From sequence record NC_015251.1: DNA of 64,000 bases; one strand, written 5' to 3'. The notes beneath the pieces were generated by a model that had not been told where the DNA came from, ran no database searches, and saw nothing but the letters and a program-made list of their open reading frames with translations. This document shows positions 35,804 through 44,888 of the stretch, in pieces. The translations under genes were made by a program, and so were the position numbers. Positions within the stretch are counted from its first letter, which is position 1; each line of letters opens with the position of its first letter.

Positions 35804-36879
35804 TATTTATCACCTTTAGTTGAACCATAAGAACCAAAGAAGAATTCCCCAGTATCAGGAGTACCAAGCCCTTTAGTAAGTTGTTCCCAGTAGTCACGAT
35901 AAACTGGACGCAATTCGGAGACGGTAATCTCAAAGTCGATTGCTATTGAATCCGCAGCGGTAGACGCAAACGTATCATATAATTGATCAGGTGTTTTGTT
36001 TATCCGAATGTTGGTTATACCGGCTGGACCCATAGCAAATTTAGGAGTAAACCTAATCTTATTGGTCCCTTCTTGGTTTACACGTTCTTCAATGAACCAT
36101 AGAGGGGGAACAGCAAGCGATGTATAGCCAGCACCAGCACCCAATTGTGAGTCTGTAGGAATACCAAGATCCTTCATACTAACAGCCCCACGGTTTTCAG
36201 CGGAACTATATATCATGAAAGTTTTGATGATCTGTCCTACTTCTTTAAGTTCTGCCATAGATCTAGGTCTAAACTGAAACATAAAGTTTTGTTGTCTAAC
36301 ACCAGTACCTTTATACATCTGTGCGGAACGGTCACCAAGTATATTTCCGGTTACTTGTGAGTTAAATCTTTGAGTTAATCCACCGGCTTCTACGATTAAT
36401 TTTTGTACTGCTGTTGTTGCGGTCGCAGATAGCGCATTTTTAGCAACGTCCATAAGGTCATCATTTGATTTTCCAGAAGATGCATAGTTCATTAGCAAAT
36501 CTTGCATAAAACCACCATCATTAGAATCGTATGTATGACTTATATTTTCATTCATGTTGGGCATATATAACTGAATTACTGCCAACGTTTCTTCATTGAA
36601 AGAACCTTTTACCGAATTCATAGACCGTTCATTTATATTATTATTGCTCAATCCACCGGTTGTTGGCTTTACTGCATAGAATACAAGATACGATGCATGT
36701 TTATTATCAGAACCTTTCATAGTTAGTGGATATTGCAATGCGGCTATTCCTTTTTGCTTCATATCAACGTTTTCTAAAATTAGCTCTGCTCCCTCGGCTT
36801 TAACACCACCATTACCGTATAAGGGTTTTGATTTTTTTGTGGTATTAGCTTTACTTACTATATTAACCTTCATTGTCAT
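35803..36879 (-). CDS. gp48: baseplate tail-tube cap gp48
   Basis: LQYPL, IQLYMP, MYKGTGVRQQNFMFQFRPRS; synteny. Confidence 0.8.
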   Translation of the reverse strand: MTMKVNIVSKANTTKKSKPLYGNGGVKAEGAELILENVDMKQKGIAALQYPLTMKGSDNKHASYLVFYAVKPTTGGLSNNNINERSMNSVKGSFNEETLAVIQLYMPNMNENISHTYDSNDGGFMQDLLMNYASSGKSNDDLMDVAKNALSATATTAVQKLIVEAGGLTQRFNSQVTGNILGDRSAQMYKGTGVRQQNFMFQFRPRSMAELKEVGQIIKTFMIYSSAENRGAVSMKDLGIPTDSQLGAGAGYTSLAVPPLWFIEERVNQEGTNKIRFTPKFAMGPAGITNIRINKTPDQLYDTFASTAADSIAIDFEITVSELRPVYRDYWEQLTKGLGTPDTGEFFFGSYGSTKGDK

Positions 36880-36899
36880 ATACCTCTGTCATTTATATT

Positions 36900-36922
36900 T
36901 ATTTAGGGCTGGTCCCTAAATA
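36900..36922. promoter_or_regulatory. divergent pair of late promoters (CTAAATA on both strands)
   Basis: TATTTAGGG...CCCTAAATA between gp48 (-) and gp4 (+). Confidence 0.75.
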
Positions 36923-36946
36923 TAAGTAAACAACGGAGGAATTATA

Positions 36947-37417
36947 ATGGCTGGTCATAAAGCCCATAAGGGGCAGTATTTTGTGAAGAACCCAGAAAAA
37001 TATAAAGGGGACCATAGAAAAGTAACCTATAGGAGTTCTTGGGAAAAATACATTATGGAACTTCTAGATAACCATCCCGATGTTAAATATTGGAACAGTG
37101 AAGAATTGGTAATTCCATATTTTTCAAATGCAGATGGAAAGAAAAGACGGTACTTTATGGACATGTATATACAATGGATTGATGGTAGCGTATCGCTTTG
37201 GGAGGTAAAGCCCACACACGAATGTTATCCCCCAGTACCACCAAAAAGAAATACATTGAAAGCTAAAAATGCATACATACATGCTCAATATACTTGGGCA
37301 GTAAATAATGATAAGTGGAAAACCACAGTCGCATTATGTGAAAAGAAGGGATGGAAATTCAATATAATAACTGAAATCGCTCTAAAGAAAATGGGCTTTA
37401 AAGGATTGAAGAAATGA
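36947..37417 (+). CDS. gp4: head completion nuclease gp4
   Basis: KNPEKYKGD, YRSSWE, WNSEELVIPY, RRYFMD, EVKP. Confidence 0.95.
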   Translation: MAGHKAHKGQYFVKNPEKYKGDHRKVTYRSSWEKYIMELLDNHPDVKYWNSEELVIPYFSNADGKKRRYFMDMYIQWIDGSVSLWEVKPTHECYPPVPPKRNTLKAKNAYIHAQYTWAVNNDKWKTTVALCEKKGWKFNIITEIALKKMGFKGLKK

Positions 37418-38073
37418 ACTATCATAAAATATACGATGACCTAATAAATAGGTCATTTAATAGAATCATTCCAAAAGAACAATATAAAGAGAAACATCAT
37501 ATTGTACCAAAATGTATGGGAGGTTCTGACGATAAAAGTAATATAGCAATATTAACACCAGAAGAACATTATCTCGCTCATCAATTGTTAGTTAAGATAT
37601 ACCCAAATGAGGGTAAAATAATTTATGCAGCGAGATGTATGGCAGTTTTATGTAATGACGAACGAAGATCAAATAATAAATTATTTGGTTGGTTGAGAGA
37701 AAAATATTCTAAAGAAACATCAAATAGAATGAAACATCGTAAAATATCTAAAGAAACTTTAGATAAAATGCGTTTGGCTCAACGTAAAAGAGATGTTAAT
37801 GGTGATAAAAATCATTTTTACGGGAAAATACATACACCAGAAGTAAAGGAAAAGATCCGACAATCCAGATTAGGTAAGTCAGGACATATAAACCAAATAA
37901 ATGCAGCAAAAGAATATATGTCTGGTATAGTACATACAGAAAAATGTAGAAAATTGATATCAGAGAAGTTAAAGAGTAACCCAAAGGTTACATGTCCTCA
38001 TTGTGGGAAAGTTGGTGCAAAATCTCCCATGGTTAGACACCATTTTGATAATTGTAAAATGAGGAAATTATAA
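37414..38073 (+). mobile_element. free-standing HNH homing endonuclease (Mob-like, NUMOD3 repeats, C-terminal Zn knuckle)
   Basis: EKHHIVPKCMGGSDDKSN...LTPEEHYLAH; NHFYGKIHT; CPHCGK...HFDNCK. Confidence 0.9.
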
Positions 38074-39068
38074 TGATTTTTGAACTTAATGAAAGAGAAG
38101 AAACCCCCGCAGAGAAACGAAGAAAGCGAGATTGGATCGGTATAGGATCCGATTATATGGCTACTCGAAAGAAATCTGGAATTACTGCTAAAAAGTATGC
38201 AGAAGAAAAAGGATTGAATTACGAAACGTTTAGTCGTGCGATGAGACGACACAGAGAGGATATAAAGAAATATTACTCCCTAACTAATCCTAATAAGACA
38301 AAAGAACAATGGATTGAACTTGGTGTTGATTATCTTACCAAGAAAGAAAAATCTAATATTACTCAGAAAGAGTATATAGAACGAAGTGAACTCAATAAAG
38401 AAACCGCAGAAAGGGCGTTTAGAAGATTCAAGGATGATATTATCATCGCTAAGAGAGTAAAGGATGCCAAATACTCAAATAAGAAACTAACTAGTGGTGA
38501 AAAATATCAAGTTCTGTTACAGGATTTTCGGGGTAAGGTGAGGCAATTTGAGAAAGAACCTCAAAAATCTGAACGGAAATCCATTGAATGGTTTAGTGGG
38601 TTTATAAAGAAAAACGTTAGAGGTCATAAGGTAACTAGACCGGTAGCGGGCAGACTATATACATTCGCATATGATGCAAAACATAAAGCAACCTTGCCAT
38701 ATTGGGATAAATTTCCATTGATTGTATATTTGGGAGAAAGTCGCAAGCATAAAGGTATGCTCATGGGTCTGAACTTGCATTATATACCAGTGAAAGCCCG
38801 TAAAGAATTTATGGAAGAACTTCTTAAATATGCAACAACAGACCGAATTACTAACAGAACGTCCCTAAATATAAATTGGGGAAAGGTTCGAGGAATGAAA
38901 GGTGCAGATCATATGATAAAAGCATATTTGCCTAATCATGTGAGAGGACCGTTTATGGAAGTTAAACCGCAGGATTGGAGTTCTGTTATTAATCTTCCGA
39001 CACAACGGTTTGTTACTGGACCAGAATCTAAGACCTTCAATACTAATAAAGTTTGGAGTTCATACTAA
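38073..39068 (+). CDS. gp2: DNA end protector gp2
   Basis: GRLYTFAYDAKHKATLPYWDKFPLI, GLNLHYIP, IKAYLP. Confidence 0.95.
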   Translation: MIFELNEREETPAEKRRKRDWIGIGSDYMATRKKSGITAKKYAEEKGLNYETFSRAMRRHREDIKKYYSLTNPNKTKEQWIELGVDYLTKKEKSNITQKEYIERSELNKETAERAFRRFKDDIIIAKRVKDAKYSNKKLTSGEKYQVLLQDFRGKVRQFEKEPQKSERKSIEWFSGFIKKNVRGHKVTRPVAGRLYTFAYDAKHKATLPYWDKFPLIVYLGESRKHKGMLMGLNLHYIPVKARKEFMEELLKYATTDRITNRTSLNINWGKVRGMKGADHMIKAYLPNHVRGPFMEVKPQDWSSVINLPTQRFVTGPESKTFNTNKVWSSY

Positions 39069-40015
39069 TGTCACTTATACCACCGATTCCGTCAATTGAT
39101 AGCATGATAAATAGTGTTATCGGTTTTGGCGAAGATACTTTTAATAGTCTACTTGATGATGGGGATTCTAACGAAATCCCCGATTTAACTAGGTTTATGA
39201 GAAAAGTAGAAAATTCAGATCTTGCTAGAGCTAACATGTTTATTGTTAGATTTGGGGATTTTAGTTCCACATTATATAGTGATGGTGTGTTTGACATGGA
39301 TTTACCTATATTTCCAGATACAAACAGTCCGGATGTTAATGGGGGATTATTCTCAGGGAGTTCATATTCTTGGCATAGAATTCAAGATATGGCACTTGGT
39401 GAAGCCCATAAAGTTCTTACCCCTAGCATGAAAAAGATATTTGGTGCTTGGGATCCTTCACTGATACGGATTATACCGGGTGCGGGAGATATACTGGATG
39501 GATTTTTAGGAACCGATTACGATGTGAATAAAGATTTAGCTCTGATGGTTAAAAGTGTTGGGTTGCCTAGTTCTACCCTTGAGACTACAATTAACCGTAT
39601 TGATAAATTACCTAGACACGAAGTAAAGGGTCGGAACTATGGAACTATGACCATGACGTTTTATTGTTCCCCCGGTTATGAGGAACGGTCGTTAATGCTT
39701 ACATGGCAAAATACAATCGTAAACCCGAATAACGGGAGATTTGGTTTTTACCAACAATACGCAAAACCTATAGACGTAATTACTCTTGATCGTCATGGGG
39801 TCAAAAGGTCTACAGTTCACAACACCGGATGTTTTCCTATTGAAGTTGGTGAGGTTCAACTTGATTTTGAGAACAATTCTCAAGTAGCAACATTCACAGT
39901 AACGTTTGCAGTTGCAACAACCGTTCATGTACCTACACAAGGTAAGGAAACTGGTATTGATTCGATTGAATCTATTATAAGAAGAACCACCGGAGTTTTA
40001 AAAGCTATTCGGTAA
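39053..40015 (+). CDS. gp54: baseplate tail-tube initiator gp54
   Basis: DLARANMFIV (gp19 paralogue), LMVKSVGLP, CFPIEVGEVQL. Confidence 0.85.
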   Translation: MEFILMSLIPPIPSIDSMINSVIGFGEDTFNSLLDDGDSNEIPDLTRFMRKVENSDLARANMFIVRFGDFSSTLYSDGVFDMDLPIFPDTNSPDVNGGLFSGSSYSWHRIQDMALGEAHKVLTPSMKKIFGAWDPSLIRIIPGAGDILDGFLGTDYDVNKDLALMVKSVGLPSSTLETTINRIDKLPRHEVKGRNYGTMTMTFYCSPGYEERSLMLTWQNTIVNPNNGRFGFYQQYAKPIDVITLDRHGVKRSTVHNTGCFPIEVGEVQLDFENNSQVATFTVTFAVATTVHVPTQGKETGIDSIESIIRRTTGVLKAIR

Positions 40016-40018
40016 AAA

Positions 40019-40049
40019 TAAAGCCTGTTTCTAACGAAGCAGGCTTTTT
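40019..40049 (+). terminator. terminator after gp54
   Basis: AAAGCCTG...CAGGCTTTTT. Confidence 0.75.
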
Positions 40050-40150
40050 GCTATCTGAATGGGCTTGTAAGCTCACTCAAGACGATTCAACCAACAATCG
40101 TTATGGTTACCCTCTAGAGTTACAAAGGCTCTCATATAAGGTCCTAGAGG

Positions 40151-40353
40151 TTAGTTTCAATTGAAATCAAATTATAAAGTTTCTATTAATATATTATAGG
40201 ACTTTATAATTAGAAATTCTTAAATGAAAATCAATATCATTTGTAAAACCGATATCGGGCTTTGCCCGCGCCAAAGGCGATTCCATCATTCTAACTGTAA
40301 AGTTTCTATTAATATATTATAGAACTTTATAATTTGATTTCAATTGATACTAA
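40151..40353. repeat. nested inverted repeat with twin AT-rich quasi-palindromic cores and a central twin GC hairpin (candidate origin or recombination site)
   Basis: 30-bp outer arms (1 mismatch), 20-bp cores in direct orientation (19/20 identical), 15-bp inner arms (2 mismatches), CGGGC-TTT-GCCCG directly followed by CGCC-AAA-GGCG. Confidence 0.9.
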
Positions 40354-40426
40354 AAAGTCATAGAGTTACTGGGGTATGGTACAATGCCTAGATACATTTA
40401 GACTATTTTAAACAAGAATTTATAAA

Positions 40427-41205
40427 ATGCCACTAAGATTGATAAAAGTGCTCTGCTCGCTGCCATTCAAAAAACAGTACAACAGACTAAATTAACTTTG
40501 TCTGATGGTAGAGAGATTATGATTAGAGCTTTCGTAATGAAAGAAATGAAACTTCTAATGTTAGCAAATGAAGCGGGTGTAGGTATTGAAGAAGCTATTA
40601 TTCAAATAGTTAAAAACTGTGTATTAACTAAAGGTATTGATGTTGAAACACTACCAAGATTCGATCTTGAATCTATATATCTAGCACTATATAAGCTTTC
40701 TAAAGCATCCCCAATAATTCCTGCTATGTTTACATGTGCGAATGAGATTCTGGATGAAGAGGGTAATGTTACCTATGACCAGTATGGAGAAGTCGCGAAG
40801 TGCGGTAATGAGATTAAAGTTAATATCAATTTGAATAGCTCTAGATTAACAGAAGCTCCTGATCGTAGTATAGTTCTTAGTGATGATATAACTATACTAA
40901 TGCGATATCCTAACATTAGCGAAATGGAATATTTTAATGTACAGAAAGAATCTGACTTGTTCAATTTAATCGTTCGCTGTATTGATGAAGTTCATATGGG
41001 GAATAGTATCGTTAGAGCTGGTGTAGACCTTCCATACGAAGATATGGGGGAGATTATGGAATATGTCGATGATAAGGCAATTATTAAACTGAGTAGTTTT
41101 GTTACCGGTATTCTTCTACATATATCAAATATACAAGTACGCTGTAAAAAATGTGGACACGAAGAGATCGTAACTCTTACGGGGGTAGCTAGTTTTTTCG
41201 CTTAA
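40427..41205 (+). CDS. gp26: baseplate hub assembly/tail chaperone gp26 (probable 1-nt deletion just after ATG 40427)
   Basis: IRAFVMKE, two CxxC-like Cys clusters, ILMRYP, C-terminal GVASFF. Confidence 0.85.
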
Positions 41206-41372
41206 CCCTCGTTAATAATACAATATTTGACCACTTTAATACAGTTTATAAGTTACGAAAAGATGGATGGAGTCATTCCGATCTTGAAGAAATGACTCCA
41301 TTCGAATTCGGTATATATGTTCATCTATATTTGAATGAACTAAAAGAAGCGGCGAACGAGGGTAATAAATGA
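41199..41372 (+). CDS. gp51: gp51-like hub assembly peptide; no start codon, reachable by -1 shift from gp26
   Basis: Open frame RLTLVNNTIFDHFNTVYKLRKDGWSHSDLEEMTPFEFGIYVHLYLNELKEAANEGNK* resembles the short gp51 family; stop overlaps the gp29 ATG. Confidence 0.7.
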   Translation, partial: RLTLVNNTIFDHFNTVYKLRKDGWSHSDLEEMTPFEFGIYVHLYLNELKEAANEGNK

Positions 41373-43177
41373 TTAACGATAAGCAATCAAGGGAACTAAC
41401 CGCATCTGTAAATGATGTGGTAGAATCCATGAATATCGTTACGGATTCTATGCTGACCCTAGATGATAAATCTGGGGTTCTAGCCAAAACCACAACGGAT
41501 TTAACCGCAGCCTATGATATTAATTCTGATTCTTCTATACAAGTTGCACAAGAGCAAGAAAAGCTTGCAACTCAATTAAAAAAGAGTAGAAAGAATATAA
41601 AGGCCCGAGATAAATCTGAGGATGGATTTGCCGAGGAAAGACGTAGGTATCTTAGTGATATTCTAAATAGACAACAGCCTTTAGTAGATCATACTTCTCC
41701 TGAATCTCCAAATACGGTTCCTGAAGATACAAGGGAAACGCTAGAAGAATTTATTAAAAGGGAGATTGGAACTAAAGATGAATTCATAGAAGAATTCAAA
41801 AAGGAAAATGGAAAGACTGGAAAATTTATTCGAGACGTTGCTTCAAAGGCAAATATTGTTGGTCGAATGAAAAATTCAGAGACTTCCGCGACTGCTAAAA
41901 TTCTTGGTCATACGATGAGTGCCGGTGTCGGTATGATCACAGGAACCATTAATGATATATTGTCAACTATTCCCGGTTTTCAACAGGTGTCTAATGCTTC
42001 TAAGTTTGTAGGTGGGGCAGTTCTTGACGCACATAACGCACGTAAGGAAAAGAATCTAGATGAAAGGGCATCAAAGGCTTATTCAGAGAAGAAGGCTGAC
42101 GCAGTTTCTAAATTCAAACAAATCCCAACAAACTCAGGATCCCCCGAAGAAAAAGTAAAAGAAGAACGGGAAAACGCTAATAAGAAAAAGGATAGAGACG
42201 AGAATAAACAAGAACGTGATAAAAGTGAAAAACGTTTTGGTGGATTGATGAAATGGCTTAAAGCGTTTCAAATGTCTATGATATTCAGTAAGCTATTAGG
42301 TTTCCTTCTTCCTATTGGTGGAATACTAATGAGTCTTGCCGGTTCTATTCCTGCTTTAATGGCTACTCTTGGTGGATTGGCTGGTGCGATTGGGCTTGCT
42401 ATATCGGGTGCTATGACTAAGTTTTTGGATTTGGCAAAAGGTTTATTTGGTATAAAGAAACCAACAGGAACTCCAAAAACTTCCAGTCCAGATCCTAAAA
42501 AAACAACCAAAACTCCTACATCAACTTCTCCTGATGTGAATGGTAAAAAACAACCTACTCCATCAACAACGCAACCGAAACCTAGTGGTCCTGCTGATAA
42601 GATACCAAAAGATGCAGGTAAAACTTTGGGTAAAGAAGCGGCTAAAGATGTTGCCGGTAAAAAGTTAGGGAGAAAAGGTGCAGAGATTGCAGGTGAAAGT
42701 GTATTTAAGCGGGTTGCTTCTAGTGGTGCTATAAAGGTTGCTGCTAAAGTCGGTCTTAGAATGATTCCATTTGTAGGAACTGCTTTAACCCTGTATGAGA
42801 TCGGTAGTTATTTGGCAGAAAACCCCGATGTAGTTGATAAAGGGAAAGCTATGCTGAGTGAAGGGGCTTCAGCCGTTGGAAACTTCTTTGGTTTCGGTGA
42901 AGCTCAAGCTTCCGAATCTAAAATAGAGCCGGTGATCCGATCTGGTGAAGATAAAGCACAATCGCAGAGAATCGAAGAGAGTAATAAGAAGGTTGAAGAA
43001 TATAGGAAAAAAGTAAATGCGGAAAAAGAAGAAATGGCTTCCCGTAGAATGGGGGCTGAGTATGCGGCTTTGCATAATACTACCTATAACGCTATGAGTT
43101 CCGTTCTTCCTTCTGGATTTGGTCCTTATAATGCAGAACAACCTATTGGTTCATATGGAGTACAACCGTTATCATGA
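41369..43177 (+). CDS. gp29: tape measure protein gp29
   Basis: 602 aa, helical, hydrophobic Gly/Ala segment and Lys/Pro/Thr linker; follows gp26/51; size close to T4 gp29. Confidence 0.75.
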   Translation: MINDKQSRELTASVNDVVESMNIVTDSMLTLDDKSGVLAKTTTDLTAAYDINSDSSIQVAQEQEKLATQLKKSRKNIKARDKSEDGFAEERRRYLSDILNRQQPLVDHTSPESPNTVPEDTRETLEEFIKREIGTKDEFIEEFKKENGKTGKFIRDVASKANIVGRMKNSETSATAKILGHTMSAGVGMITGTINDILSTIPGFQQVSNASKFVGGAVLDAHNARKEKNLDERASKAYSEKKADAVSKFKQIPTNSGSPEEKVKEERENANKKKDRDENKQERDKSEKRFGGLMKWLKAFQMSMIFSKLLGFLLPIGGILMSLAGSIPALMATLGGLAGAIGLAISGAMTKFLDLAKGLFGIKKPTGTPKTSSPDPKKTTKTPTSTSPDVNGKKQPTPSTTQPKPSGPADKIPKDAGKTLGKEAAKDVAGKKLGRKGAEIAGESVFKRVASSGAIKVAAKVGLRMIPFVGTALTLYEIGSYLAENPDVVDKGKAMLSEGASAVGNFFGFGEAQASESKIEPVIRSGEDKAQSQRIEESNKKVEEYRKKVNAEKEEMASRRMGAEYAALHNTTYNAMSSVLPSGFGPYNAEQPIGSYGVQPLS

Positions 43178-43743
43178 TAACCAATCAGTCACACATTACA
43201 AATATGCGTCTGGAAATACCAGACGCAAATGCAACAATTCATTTTGTTAGTGCTGCTCAATCCGTGACCCTTCCATCAATTGAAATGGAATTGTCTCGGG
43301 TTAGTACAAATCAAATGAGTATGGGTATGCTTCCCGGTTCTAAGATAAACTATGAACCTGTGAGAATTCGATTTTTACTTGATGAAGAATTTGAAGCATA
43401 TAAAGAAATATACCAATGGATTATATCAACAACTGATAGTCGGTCATTTAATTCAACCGCACATCTACCGGGTATGCGACCATTATCTATGTCGGTTCAT
43501 ATTTTGGATAACCATAAACGAAAAATTTTAATGACCTTGAAATTGAATAACCCATTTCCATTTTCTATAGACGAAATTGAGATGGGTTATACTGAAGAAG
43601 GAAACCAAGCTTTGTTTGGTATGGTCTCGTTTGGATATTCATCGTTTTCGTTGTTATCCGGCGATGGAGATCGCGGTGTGGAAATCTTACCTAAACAAGA
43701 CTCAGTAGGGACTCCGAACTTTCATCCATTTTCTGGAAAATAG
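43174..43743 (+). CDS. gp3: tail completion/sheath stabilizer gp3
   Basis: QSVTLPSI, LPGSKINYEP, FLLDEEFEAYKEIYQW. Confidence 0.92.
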   Translation: MITNQSHITNMRLEIPDANATIHFVSAAQSVTLPSIEMELSRVSTNQMSMGMLPGSKINYEPVRIRFLLDEEFEAYKEIYQWIISTTDSRSFNSTAHLPGMRPLSMSVHILDNHKRKILMTLKLNNPFPFSIDEIEMGYTEEGNQALFGMVSFGYSSFSLLSGDGDRGVEILPKQDSVGTPNFHPFSGK

Positions 43744-43805
43744 AGTTTGTTCATAACCTCCCTTAACGTGTGTTATAATCAATACATATCAAGGGAGATT
43801 ATGTT

Positions 43806-44543
43806 ATGATATATGCTGTGTCCGGTTTAAAGAGAACCGGAAAGGACACGGTTTCATCTTTCATTAAAGATCTGACCGGAGCTAAACCCTATGCTCTAGC
43901 AGAACCAATCAAACGTTCATTGTTTTATGCTCTGAGTCCACGTTCAAAATTAAATTTGACGTGGGAAGATGTAAATGGTCAGACTGATTATGATAGAGAA
44001 ACTGATTTAGAACTTTCCACATTAGAACTTAGAAACATCCTAAATACTGCTGTGATGTTCTGTAACAGAACTAATAAATTTAACCATGACGAACTTAGTC
44101 AGATTTTTCTAAAGATAAAAAATCTTAGTGCTCTGGATAATATGAAGTTCAAAGATATTATTTGTTGGAGTTTTGCTAACTTCTTTGGAAATAAGAGATT
44201 AGCAAATGACATTGAGAATAAATATCGATGGTCAGTCAGAAGATTGATGCAAGTTTTAGGAACTGACTTAGTTGTTAGTGTTAGACGAGATTACTGGTTA
44301 GAATGTATCCCAGAAACTGATGGAGACATTATAATTACTGATATTCGTCAAACTCACGAAATGCAATATTGTAGAGAAAATAACGCTCATGTTATTTTTG
44401 TTGTAAAAACTGGGATCGTATCTACGGATAGCCACATAACAGAAAAAGGCTTAGAACCTAGTGCTAGTGACACCATCGTTTATAATGATGGAACTCTTGA
44501 AAATCTCAAATCAAAAATTGAATCTATAATTAAAGGAAAATAA
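43806..44543 (+). CDS. gp1: deoxynucleoside monophosphate kinase gp1
   Basis: GLKRTGKDT, ALAEPIKR, RRLMQVLGTD, ITDIRQTHE, HITEKGL. Confidence 0.95.
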   Translation: MIYAVSGLKRTGKDTVSSFIKDLTGAKPYALAEPIKRSLFYALSPRSKLNLTWEDVNGQTDYDRETDLELSTLELRNILNTAVMFCNRTNKFNHDELSQIFLKIKNLSALDNMKFKDIICWSFANFFGNKRLANDIENKYRWSVRRLMQVLGTDLVVSVRRDYWLECIPETDGDIIITDIRQTHEMQYCRENNAHVIFVVKTGIVSTDSHITEKGLEPSASDTIVYNDGTLENLKSKIESIIKGK

Positions 44544-44544
44544 A

Positions 44545-44769
44545 ATGCAAGACCAAGTTAAACAACTTCAAACCACTATTATCGAACTGAAAGCCCGTAT
44601 TTTTGACGTTAGTGAAGAACTGCAACGTAGTACGAGTTTCCATGGTGAACTGTTTGCACATCTAGCAAAACAGCTCGGTCTGGAAGGTGAGAAGGCTACT
44701 CAGTTTGAATCTTTTGTAGAAGCTATTGAAGTTCTGAAGCAAAATCAAGTTGAAGTTGTTGCCGAATAA
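44545..44769 (+). CDS. gp57A: tail fibre chaperone gp57A
   Basis: VKQLQTTIIELKARIFD; follows gp1. Confidence 0.8.
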   Translation: MQDQVKQLQTTIIELKARIFDVSEELQRSTSFHGELFAHLAKQLGLEGEKATQFESFVEAIEVLKQNQVEVVAE

Positions 44770-44888
44770 TGTTATAAGGGGGTTGCTTAACGGCAATCCC
44801 CTTTTATTTTAAGAAATGTGTTGATTTTGGTATTAGGTATTGATATGATAACCACGTTCCCTAAATACAGCTTTACAAGGAAATAAAA

